Program-made: the position numbers and the translations under genes
Virus record (IMG/VR): IMGVR_UViG_3300031997_000620
Span: 19,234-83,233 of that record
From: a virus
Length of the DNA: 64,000 bases
Direction: 5' to 3' (one strand)
The notes under the pieces: generated by a model
Databases searched by the model: none
What the model was told of the DNA's origin: nothing
The model's input: the letters and a program-made list of their open reading frames with translations, nothing else
Shown: piece by piece, positions 56,661-64,000 of the stretch
Layout: each line of letters opens with the position of its first letter
Position numbering within the stretch: the first letter of the stretch is position 1

Positions 56661-56860
56661 TAGACTGACCACCTTTTATCAGGTCTATCACCAAGTCGAT
56701 AGGCTGTTTTCTTAATACGCGCACGCACCCGGCCCTGTTGCCGGTTAAGCATCTTCCCCTCGTCGGGCTTGATACTCTTGAGCATTCCCATTGCATCTGC
56801 CTTGTTGCCAGATTTCCGGTTTTTGAGGATTGCCCAGGCGTCGCCTATTGTGTACTTCAT
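56660..56860 (-). CDS. Small basic protein
   Basis: ATGA-coupled start MKYTIGDAW... Confidence 0.5.
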   Translation of the reverse strand: MKYTIGDAWAILKNRKSGNKADAMGMLKSIKPDEGKMLNRQQGRVRARIKKTAYRLGDRPDKRWSV

Positions 56861-57357
56861 TTCTTCCATGCCTTCTTTTCGTCACGCCAAGTCGGAGGAC
56901 TAGAGTTTACTCCTGCCTTGTATCTCTGTGAGAACCAGTCAGCGTCCTGCGGCTTGTCAAAGGAGATAAACTCCTTGTTTTTGATAGCATACTTTTGGGC
57001 TTCTCGGGGCTTAAGCCACTGCATTCCACCCGTGGGGGTGTGTACAATGTTGGGGTACACGATCTTCTTGCCCCCAGGCCCTTCACCCCAACCCATTTGA
57101 TGGGATGCGTACTCACCCTTCTTAAGTCCGTGTTCTCTACCTTGAGGAGAATCTGCTTGGATCGAAGGCCAAGAACTCGGAGCCAATAGCCTCTTGACAA
57201 AGTTTTTGTCTTTGTTAGCCTCAAGGATCTTGAGAGATTCGGCCGAGTCGGGTTGGGCAGACGGTGCGCGGAGGAAGCCCTCCATGACGCCATCCACATG
57301 TTCCTTCTCATCGGGGTGCATCTTTTGCTTGCGTATTTTCTCTCTAACGCTTGCCAT
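56857..57357 (-). CDS. Hypothetical protein (MASVREKI...)
   Basis: 166 aa, globular C-terminal domain (NFVKRL, SH.M, VYPNI, EF..FD....ADWF...YK). Confidence 0.6.
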   Translation of the reverse strand: MASVREKIRKQKMHPDEKEHVDGVMEGFLRAPSAQPDSAESLKILEANKDKNFVKRLLAPSSWPSIQADSPQGREHGLKKGEYASHQMGWGEGPGGKKIVYPNIVHTPTGGMQWLKPREAQKYAIKNKEFISFDKPQDADWFSQRYKAGVNSSPPTWRDEKKAWKK

Positions 57358-57622
57358 TACATCCCTCTGAAAGCTGCTTTTGTAGGAGAAGGTCCGCTAC
57401 TTTCTTAGCTTCGTCTGCTCTCCATGTTGCCCAATCTACCTTAACAAGTAATTGAGATATAGCAATCTTCTCTGTTTCAAGAGACGCAATCTCGCTTGCT
57501 TGCACGTTCACAGTGTTTTCCAGTTGATTAACGTGCTCAGATAAACGAGTATATCCCACAATAGCACTTACAGCTAAAGCCCCTATAGGAAGGATTTGAG
57601 ACGCCCACGAAGGTATTGACAT
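57344..57622 (-). CDS. Membrane-anchored coiled-coil protein (holin/spanin-like)
   Basis: One N-terminal TM helix followed by heptad repeats. Confidence 0.45.
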   Translation of the reverse strand: MSIPSWASQILPIGALAVSAIVGYTRLSEHVNQLENTVNVQASEIASLETEKIAISQLLVKVDWATWRADEAKKVADLLLQKQLSEGCNGKR

Positions 57623-59877
57623 TACTTACCTTTTCCTGGCTGCTGCGGAGGAGGCTGTCCCGGCACCTGTCCGCCTTGGGCCTGTACCTCTTGAGCCTGC
57701 ATTTGCATCTGCTGCATCTGTCTAAACTCAATCATCATCTTGTACTTGTCCATCAATGCGTGGATCATCTGCTGTGAGTCGGGGCGCATATCCCACCAAC
57801 TGTCCTTCTTGGTTTCCTGTGTCAACAGTTCGAAGGCAACAAACGGATCATCCTCAGGCTGCGGGATTACGCGAGTAAAGTCGCCTGCCTTGATCCAAGT
57901 AATCATTCGGCGAACTCTTTCCACATCAAGACCCTGAGGTTGTAGCGAGTATTCAATGCCCAAACGGTCTAGAACTGCCTGTTGCAGCCCAAACGGTAGT
58001 TGCATTAGATTGCCTGCATACTGCAAGAATTCAATCGTCTTTGCTTCCCGAGCTTCCTTAGATAGAAGCGCCATTGAAGCCGTATCGATTCGAACTCCTA
58101 CGTTATCGCTAAGATCCTCACCAGAGAACTGGTGGATCGTCAAAGAACTCATCTTCTCACGAGCCAAAATCTTGATCCGCTCTAGATAGCGCGGGTCAAT
58201 ACGAACATTTCGGATAACTTCTTGAAGAAGTGCAGAGCCTTCTCTTTCCAGAGATTCATCCCACGCCTGTAGACACGCGGAGCGTGATGATAGTGCTTGC
58301 TTACGCAACATGTCCAAAGCCGCTGCCGAGTTAACACCTTGAGGGCGTTCGCCTCGTAGAACCTGCTCCGTACCAGCGATGAACTCCATTTCCTGAAGCT
58401 GCTGCTCTCTCTCGCGAAGCGCAGCTTCGGGATACGCCGGGGGGTGAATAACCTCCGGAGCCATGCCAGCCGTCTGTCTCGGGTCATATTCCCAGATTAG
58501 TCCCGGCTTCCCAGACCACAAATCCTTCTGCGGATGTGAGCCTTTAGGTGCAATCCAGGCGCTCATCGGAATAGTACGCCGCCACATAATCATAGTCGTA
58601 TCGATGGCATTTACGCGCTTTAGCTTAGGAAGGAGTTTAGAAACGAGGCTCCTGCCCCAGATAGAACCGGGCATCGGTTCCCAGCGGTACCTAACGTAAG
58701 GGTGCCAACGGTTGGGCCAACGCGGATCGTATGCGCGTGCGCCTCTGTCCATCGGTGAATCATAAAGAAGCTGGTTTCCTGCTGTAATGACTGTCCTACC
58801 CTTCGGCCAACGGTCACTCGGCTTGCGATCAAAAATTCGGACTACACAGTATCCGTCCCACTGTTCCGGAGAGCCAATATACAAAGACTGACCAGGGCCT
58901 TCAACCAAGGTAGTCAGGCGCTCCCACCACCAAAGCGGAAGACGTGTTACGTTTTCTGAGAATACCTTATCCAGATTTTCAAGGAACCACCCATTACTCT
59001 TCTTGAAAACGTTCTTTCGACGCTTGGCAGCAATCTCATACTTCGATTTCAAGCTATCAATCGGAGTGTAATATTCCCGCATGACCCAATCGATATCTTC
59101 CCAGTAGTGAGTATTGGGAACGTGAATCTCAAAGGGCGAGACGATTCTAGCGGAGACATCCCCATATTCAACCTGATCCTGCATCTTAGGCTCGCCTTTA
59201 GAATCCATCGACTGAACCTGACGAGCGACGGGCACTTTGATCGGAGCCCCTGAAACCGGATCTCTTACAAAGCTGTAAGGAGAAGTTTCTGTCTGCGGAA
59301 CGCTCATGTGCCGAGGAACTGAATCATCCCAAGCGATCTCCTTGAACGCGGTTCCACAATAGAGCATAAGGCGACAGATCTCTCTATTCTTCTCCGGCAT
59401 ATCCAAAGCTTCCCATAGATACTCTAGAGTTAGCTCAGACAGGTCGGCTGCCTTCTGATCGTTAAGACTATCGCTCTTTGCGGACACCCTAGGCATGGGT
59501 TTGTTCTCCGTAAAGAGAGCAATGTTGGTTTCAATGTATCTGCCTAGAAGATCGTTTACGGGACGCGGAACGTTATCAAGGGTATCTTGAACAACGGAAG
59601 CCTCAGACGAGTTACTATTGTAGTTGATGCGGCTAGAAAGAATATCGTCAATATATTGACGCCCAGCCCCAAACAAGATATTTTCAATCCACTGGATTGT
59701 GGCCGCCCACCGAGACGATGAACGGTTTGTGTCTACGAAATCCCCATATTCATTGATTGCCGTGGCAACCCGAGGATCGCCATGCGGGATTAAATCGATT
59801 CTACCTAGGTGCCCTTTGCGCCAAGTATTCGGCGACTTACCGTCATCGGAGGGCGTCTGCGGGGGTTGCTTTGCCAT
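57622..59877 (-). CDS. Portal protein
   Basis: 751 aa; G.AF..I.WD, VSPFE, PG..WGRSLV..L...K..N, G.R..GV.SA.A, Q/P-rich tail. Confidence 0.88.
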   Translation of the reverse strand: MAKQPPQTPSDDGKSPNTWRKGHLGRIDLIPHGDPRVATAINEYGDFVDTNRSSSRWAATIQWIENILFGAGRQYIDDILSSRINYNSNSSEASVVQDTLDNVPRPVNDLLGRYIETNIALFTENKPMPRVSAKSDSLNDQKAADLSELTLEYLWEALDMPEKNREICRLMLYCGTAFKEIAWDDSVPRHMSVPQTETSPYSFVRDPVSGAPIKVPVARQVQSMDSKGEPKMQDQVEYGDVSARIVSPFEIHVPNTHYWEDIDWVMREYYTPIDSLKSKYEIAAKRRKNVFKKSNGWFLENLDKVFSENVTRLPLWWWERLTTLVEGPGQSLYIGSPEQWDGYCVVRIFDRKPSDRWPKGRTVITAGNQLLYDSPMDRGARAYDPRWPNRWHPYVRYRWEPMPGSIWGRSLVSKLLPKLKRVNAIDTTMIMWRRTIPMSAWIAPKGSHPQKDLWSGKPGLIWEYDPRQTAGMAPEVIHPPAYPEAALREREQQLQEMEFIAGTEQVLRGERPQGVNSAAALDMLRKQALSSRSACLQAWDESLEREGSALLQEVIRNVRIDPRYLERIKILAREKMSSLTIHQFSGEDLSDNVGVRIDTASMALLSKEAREAKTIEFLQYAGNLMQLPFGLQQAVLDRLGIEYSLQPQGLDVERVRRMITWIKAGDFTRVIPQPEDDPFVAFELLTQETKKDSWWDMRPDSQQMIHALMDKYKMMIEFRQMQQMQMQAQEVQAQGGQVPGQPPPQQPGKGK

Positions 59878-59882
59878 AAGTG

Positions 59883-60266
59883 CTAGCTCTCCGAGTTATT
59901 AGGGTGCAAGGGCTCTGACTCTAGTACAGCTTCCGAAGGAGGATTTTGTCTTTGTAGAAAGGACTCAAATTCCTCAAATGAGTTGAAGGTAGGTGCCTCA
60001 ATAGCCTCTAACCACTTCCTCTTAACTTCATACTCCAGCTCGCGCTTACGGTTTTCTTCTGGCGATACCTCTTTGAAGTTCGCCAAGGCTGCTTCATCAG
60101 CCTTCATTTCTCGATAAGCGTCCGGAGACTTAGAGGCCATGACAGCCTCCAAAAGCGACTTATTCTGTTTTTCCAACCTATCAATATGCTCTTTTAGCAT
60201 TTCAATCTGCATCTTATACGGCTCTACCATCAGCTCAAGGTCGGTTTTCCCCCCGAAAATACCCAT
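59883..60266 (-). CDS. Coiled-coil hypothetical protein upstream of portal
   Basis: 127 aa, TAATG-coupled. Confidence 0.6.
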   Translation of the reverse strand: MGIFGGKTDLELMVEPYKMQIEMLKEHIDRLEKQNKSLLEAVMASKSPDAYREMKADEAALANFKEVSPEENRKRELEYEVKRKWLEAIEAPTFNSFEEFESFLQRQNPPSEAVLESEPLHPNNSES

Positions 60267-60580
60267 TACTCGTCATCCTTCCAAGTCTCTGAATCCGAGG
60301 TAAAGTCGCCACCATCAACGAGCGGATCATAGTCGTCTTTGACGAGGTTATAACCAGACTCATTGTTTACGCCCAGCCTACCGCCCGACCGACGGACTTC
60401 CTTTAGCTCAGCTTCAAGCTTCATCCGAATTTTATCATTAGACACGACCTTCTCAAAGAATGTGTAAAGACCTTGACGAGCAGACTCGTAGTCCTGCTCA
60501 GCATCGTCCTTATACTTTTGCCAACGTCGAATTGTCGAATTAGCCTCAGCCGAATAGTCTTCTTTGCCGTCTTTAGCCAT
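60266..60580 (-). CDS. Hypothetical protein
   Basis: 104 aa, purine-rich RBS, downstream of a late promoter motif. Confidence 0.6.
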   Translation of the reverse strand: MAKDGKEDYSAEANSTIRRWQKYKDDAEQDYESARQGLYTFFEKVVSNDKIRMKLEAELKEVRRSGGRLGVNNESGYNLVKDDYDPLVDGGDFTSDSETWKDDE

Positions 60581-60610
60581 TTTTCTCTCCCTCTCCTTTT
60601 AAATAATACA

Positions 60611-60630
60611 GTCCTATTAAATTATCACTA
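60611..60630 (-). promoter_or_regulatory. Putative late promoter motif TAGTGATAATTTAATAGGAC (portal operon)
   Basis: Exact repeat of 54571-54590. Confidence 0.75.
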
Positions 60631-60659
60631 TTTTAGAATGTTTAGTTTAATCTAAACTT

Positions 60660-60833
60660 TTATCCAACCGGATACCCTATCGTCCCAGCCGCGACTCCTT
60701 GTGTCATTGTGGTCGTAATTATAGGTACAGAAAATGTTCTGCCCGCACCATTAGCAACATTCCCAGCTAAACTAATAATAACTTCAGAACCTAAACTATT
60801 TACACTAAAAAATTCCGGAGCCTGAATAGCCAT
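60660..60833 (-). CDS. Small hypothetical protein (57 aa, not in the ORF track)
   Basis: GGGAG RBS; MAIQAPEFFSVNSLGSEVIISLAG...GTIGYPVG fills the gap. Confidence 0.55.
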   Translation of the reverse strand: MAIQAPEFFSVNSLGSEVIISLAGNVANGAGRTFSVPIITTTMTQGVAAGTIGYPVG

Positions 60834-60839
60834 ATTAAA

Positions 60840-61736
60840 TTACTCCCATAATGTGGTCATACCCCATAGTGATGGGGTTACTGTATCAACACCAGTGCCT
60901 AAACCTCTACCAAAACTCATATATGTACGAGATGCCCCTCCAAGAATTGTAGCAGAAAATGTTGAAAAATCTGAAATTTCAGAGATCAAAACTCCCCCTA
61001 TTCCAAGAAGAGGCATCATAGCAGGAAAATGCCCCCAACCTAAATACATCTGAGGAACTGTAGCAATCGACGTAGCTGTTTCACCATGAGGAACAAAAAC
61101 AGGAGGAACTGTAGCAACGAGATTATAAGCATGAGCTGCCGTATACCCTACAGTCTGGATTCCGACTACAGTAGTTACAATGGATGTTCCACAATGATAA
61201 GTTATATGTATGCCTTCACCATTAAAAACTCCAGTACTGTTTGATGTTCTTTGAATAATAAAACCCATATATCCAAGTCCTGCGGAAGCAACCCCATACC
61301 ATCCAACAAAGGAAATAAACCCTTCGGCTACACAGAGGTATGAAGTATAGTTAATGGTATCACTTACTAACGCACCATTCCCACAAGAAGTATGAATAGC
61401 TGTAACTACACCTGTCAAAGTTCCAGCCCCATTCGTACTAGTACCTGTAGTTACTCTAAACCAAGGTCTAGTAGCATTGGGGCCAGTGCCATAATCTAGC
61501 CTAATATAGAGAGGAGCAGTTCCAGAAAGAGAGTCATTTAAAAACCATATTTCATACCCAATTGATGTAGAAAGAGTTGCACTATAGGCTACTGTAGCCC
61601 AATCAATTTGACCAGTATCAGCCGTCTGTTGAATTGTGCCAATAGCAGCAAGCTTATCATGAATTAGTGAACCCCACGCTCGAAATGATGCGGTATCAGC
61701 GTGTTTTAGGGGGGCGGACCAAGTAGCTGTAGCCAT
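60840..61736 (-). CDS. Putative virion fibre/appendage protein
   Basis: Thr/Gly-rich; QTADTGQIDW, GYEIW...D, P.Y.R..YG.G pattern seen in phage tail proteins. Confidence 0.55.
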   Translation of the reverse strand: MATATWSAPLKHADTASFRAWGSLIHDKLAAIGTIQQTADTGQIDWATVAYSATLSTSIGYEIWFLNDSLSGTAPLYIRLDYGTGPNATRPWFRVTTGTSTNGAGTLTGVVTAIHTSCGNGALVSDTINYTSYLCVAEGFISFVGWYGVASAGLGYMGFIIQRTSNSTGVFNGEGIHITYHCGTSIVTTVVGIQTVGYTAAHAYNLVATVPPVFVPHGETATSIATVPQMYLGWGHFPAMMPLLGIGGVLISEISDFSTFSATILGGASRTYMSFGRGLGTGVDTVTPSLWGMTTLWE

Positions 61737-61746
61737 AATATCTTCC

Positions 61747-63039
61747 TTATGTTTTTTCTAAAGTTAAAGTACAAGTTACTAACGTGAAGGTATCGGATGA
61801 AAAAAGATTAAAAGTAATAACAGAATTAGCAGGAACAGCTTTACTCCATCCAACTAAAGCCTGAGAGCTATATTTGATACCACTAGTAATAGTTGGAGGA
61901 TCAGATGCCACAATCTTATCCGCTACGGTAGGCGGAAAATTATTATATGAATCTACCCAGATATCCACAAAGCAGTTTCCCGGTCCTCCTTCAGTAAGAA
62001 TTTGTACACCAGTAATAGTCATTGCTTCAGGGACATAAGCATGTATTAATCCAGCAGCAGTAGCAGACACAGGACTTCCTACCCAAGTAGCACCTTTTTG
62101 TATCTTAGGATTAGATATAATAGCTTCTTTAAAGTTTAATACAGGATTACCACTAGAATCCGGAGTTAGATAAAAAGAAGATCTATTAAAGTGAATGTTA
62201 TCATCAGTAAATAGTTTAACCCCATCTGTAAATACGATAGCTGCTGAAGACCCAGGAGGCCCAGGAGGCCCTGTAGCACCAGTAGCACCTTTAAAGTTTA
62301 CTATAGGATTACCACTTGACTTAGCCGGAGTTAAATAGAAAGAATCTCTATTAAAATGAAGGCTATCATCAGTAAATAGTTTAACCCCATCTGTAAAAGT
62401 AACGCTGCTGATACCTGTGCTGCTAGTATTTAATGAGTTAACTACAGGCTGACCAGAAGATCCTCTACTTAGATAAAAGCCTGCATCACTAAAGCTAAGA
62501 CGAGTAATATTTAGGTATTCGTTAACTGCATCATCTGTAGCTAAAGGAGAGCCAGTCCCACTAGATGCTGAACTTAACAAATTAACAATAGGATAACCAT
62601 GCGAATCAGACGTAATATAAAAGTTAGTCCGATCGAAAATTAAGGTATCTGATTGGATATCTGGAGTATTATTAGTGGTTGTTACTCTTATACTTGATGG
62701 AATATAGAAATTAGTGATAGAAAGATCTTCACCCATAGCCAGCGCAGTTTGCCAGAAAGGCTCCTGTTCTGTGCCTGTATTAGCTTGAAGTTTCCATTGA
62801 TTATCTGTATCTGAAATTGTTCTAAAGCGGTTATGCTTAGTTCTATCTCCGTACTCCCAACCGCGAAGTCTACTCTCTTTGGGTCCATCCGGATCTTTAT
62901 CATAGGTAGCTGAGTAACGAACAATGGGGTGAAGAGCCTCTGTGTCTTGACGGATTTCTCCTAACTGGGCAGAAAACCGTTTACCAAAAAGAGGCCACGG
63001 CGCGTAAAATCCATAATGTGAATCGCTGTCATGCGCCAT
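61747..63039 (-). CDS. Putative fibre protein with internal repeats and a short collagen-like segment
   Basis: Four F....FY.....G.P.VN repeats, GATGATGPPGPPG, C-terminal beta-sandwich. Confidence 0.6.
   Translation of the reverse strand: MAHDSDSHYGFYAPWPLFGKRFSAQLGEIRQDTEALHPIVRYSATYDKDPDGPKESRLRGWEYGDRTKHNRFRTISDTDNQWKLQANTGTEQEPFWQTALAMGEDLSITNFYIPSSIRVTTTNNTPDIQSDTLIFDRTNFYITSDSHGYPIVNLLSSASSGTGSPLATDDAVNEYLNITRLSFSDAGFYLSRGSSGQPVVNSLNTSSTGISSVTFTDGVKLFTDDSLHFNRDSFYLTPAKSSGNPIVNFKGATGATGPPGPPGSSAAIVFTDGVKLFTDDNIHFNRSSFYLTPDSSGNPVLNFKEAIISNPKIQKGATWVGSPVSATAAGLIHAYVPEAMTITGVQILTEGGPGNCFVDIWVDSYNNFPPTVADKIVASDPPTITSGIKYSSQALVGWSKAVPANSVITFNLFSSDTFTLVTCTLTLEKT
62127..62397 (-). repeat. ~106-nt internal duplication (62127-62232, 62289-62397)
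   Basis: Contains a 34-nt identical stretch; encodes FTDGVKLFTDD..HFNR.SFYLTP twice. Confidence 0.85.
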
Positions 63040-63539
63040 TATGCTTGCTCACCACCAGGGTACCAACCCCCTGACGTTACATAAAACCCATCAATCCACC
63101 CTGCGACTGCTGTAGGAAGACCAAGTATCCATCCTCCAACTGACGCATAGAACCCATCAAGCCAGCCTTGTGAGAGAGGGGGATAAAACTCTCCAACCCA
63201 GTTACCCGGAGCAGGGTAGAAGCCGTAATCGCGAAGCCACCCTCCCAAGACAGCATAAAACCCATCAAGCCAACCACCTGTAACCGCATAAAATCCACTA
63301 ATCCAACTACCAGAGTCAGCATAAAAGCTGTGATCTTGTACCCAATCTGTATTGAAGTTGACGCTTTGAATCTGCCAGTGTATTTGACCATGCTGGATTA
63401 ATGTCGGTAAAAGAGAAAGATTCTCAGGATAAATATTCAGGTCTTCAACAGCAGCCGTCTCTTCATGAATAGTTACTTCTGATTTCGGAACCTGCCAGGC
63501 ATTGTGGTTCCGAGGAGTGCTTTCACTCGTCCACGACAG
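63039..63539 (-). CDS. Trp/Gly/aromatic repeat protein with probable CTG start (166 aa)
   Basis: Frame is open from 63542 to 63039 with no ATG/GTG/TTG until 63248; AGGA 9 nt before CTG; MSWTSESTP...; about 8 W..GFY-type repeats. Confidence 0.6.
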   Translation of the reverse strand: MSWTSESTPRNHNAWQVPKSEVTIHEETAAVEDLNIYPENLSLLPTLIQHGQIHWQIQSVNFNTDWVQDHSFYADSGSWISGFYAVTGGWLDGFYAVLGGWLRDYGFYPAPGNWVGEFYPPLSQGWLDGFYASVGGWILGLPTAVAGWIDGFYVTSGGWYPGGEQA

Positions 63540-63542
63540 TTT

Positions 63543-63860
63543 TTAACTTCCTGCGTGACTATGAAAAACAGTGCATGTTGCTCCCACAGGAGTTGTTACT
63601 TGAAGCCCTGCATCTGCAATCCAAATTTGGGGCATAAAAAACGAATTTCTTGCTGGTACAGCGATAGTAAACAAGACTGTAGAAGTACCTGCCTGTTCAA
63701 ACGTAAAAGTAATGTTTGTACCACCAGCGTTTTCACATAAAATTCCGTGAACAACGATGGCTCTTCCAACCGTAGTACCACCCACAGTCTCAGGTGCAAT
63801 TATTACGTCTGTTTGACCGGCTATTACCCGGGTTGTTCTAGAAGCGAGACCTATCTGCAT
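63543..63860 (-). CDS. Small beta-sandwich virion protein
   Basis: AGGAG RBS; W.AD.GL.VT.P motif. Confidence 0.6.
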   Translation of the reverse strand: MQIGLASRTTRVIAGQTDVIIAPETVGGTTVGRAIVVHGILCENAGGTNITFTFEQAGTSTVLFTIAVPARNSFFMPQIWIADAGLQVTTPVGATCTVFHSHAGS

Positions 63861-63885
63861 TTTACTCTCCTAATTTTTCTAAGTG

Positions 63886-64000
63886 TTATACTCCAGACTG
63901 GCTGCGGCACACAGTAACATGTCCACCGTTTGGTGCTGTAACTACCAAACCTTTATCAGCAAGCCAGTCTACTGGCATATTAAAAAATCTTCCGGCTCCA
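63886..64000 (-). CDS. Partial paralog of 63543..63860 (3' end only)
   Basis: ...FFNMPVDWLADKGLVVTAPNGGHVTVCRSQSGV* aligns with FFMPQIWIADAGLQVTTPVGATCTVFHSHAGS*. Confidence 0.65.
   Translation of the reverse strand, partial: GAGRFFNMPVDWLADKGLVVTAPNGGHVTVCRSQSGV

Noticed and set aside
62127-62397. Possible DGR template/variable repeat pair
   Set aside because: Both copies are in frame inside one gene, differences are not confined to adenines, and no reverse transcriptase was recognised in the window
63077-63391. 104-aa - strand ORF in the track
   Set aside because: Alternative frame of the W..GFY repeat gene, whose frame shows the coherent repeat and TAATG coupling
1-64000. Stop-codon reassignment
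   Set aside because: Long conserved genes are intact in the standard code and TAA, TAG and TGA all end tightly packed genes
1-64000. Prophage, plasmid or host chromosome origin
   Set aside because: No integrase, repressor/partition module, att-like site or host housekeeping synteny; recA, clpP and def are embedded in phage operons

Overview
This 64 kb window is an internal segment of a large, probably lytic, tailed dsDNA phage genome (standard genetic code). No host genes, integrase, rRNA, tRNA or CRISPR array were recognised. The + strand arm (1-20514) is a replication/recombination/nucleotide-metabolism module with T4-like functions: MazG-like pyrophosphatase, UvsY-like mediator, gp32-like SSB, RecA/UvsX, SbcD/SbcC, ClpP, resolvase, metallophosphoesterase, class II RNR NrdJ and ThyX. 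It ends in a glycosyltransferase cluster interrupted by a peptide deformylase. The convergent - strand arm (20524-64000) is a podovirus-type morphogenesis module: portal, scaffold, major capsid, small head proteins, adaptor, nozzle, three FN3 tail proteins and three ejection proteins. An 11-gene AT-rich glycan synthesis/modification island and many small basic proteins lie between portal and capsid. The most unusual signals are non-coding: (i) a ~130 nt structured RNA with two 38-nt repeats whose loops are mutually complementary (kissing loops), downstream of a head gene; (ii) a four-hairpin 3' UTR whose loop region is a perfect 10-nt complement of the RBS at the 5' end of the same lipoprotein transcript; (iii) two recurring promoter classes. 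Several small genes and remnants missed by the ORF track were also read directly. All protein assignments are from recognised motifs and gene order, not from database searches.
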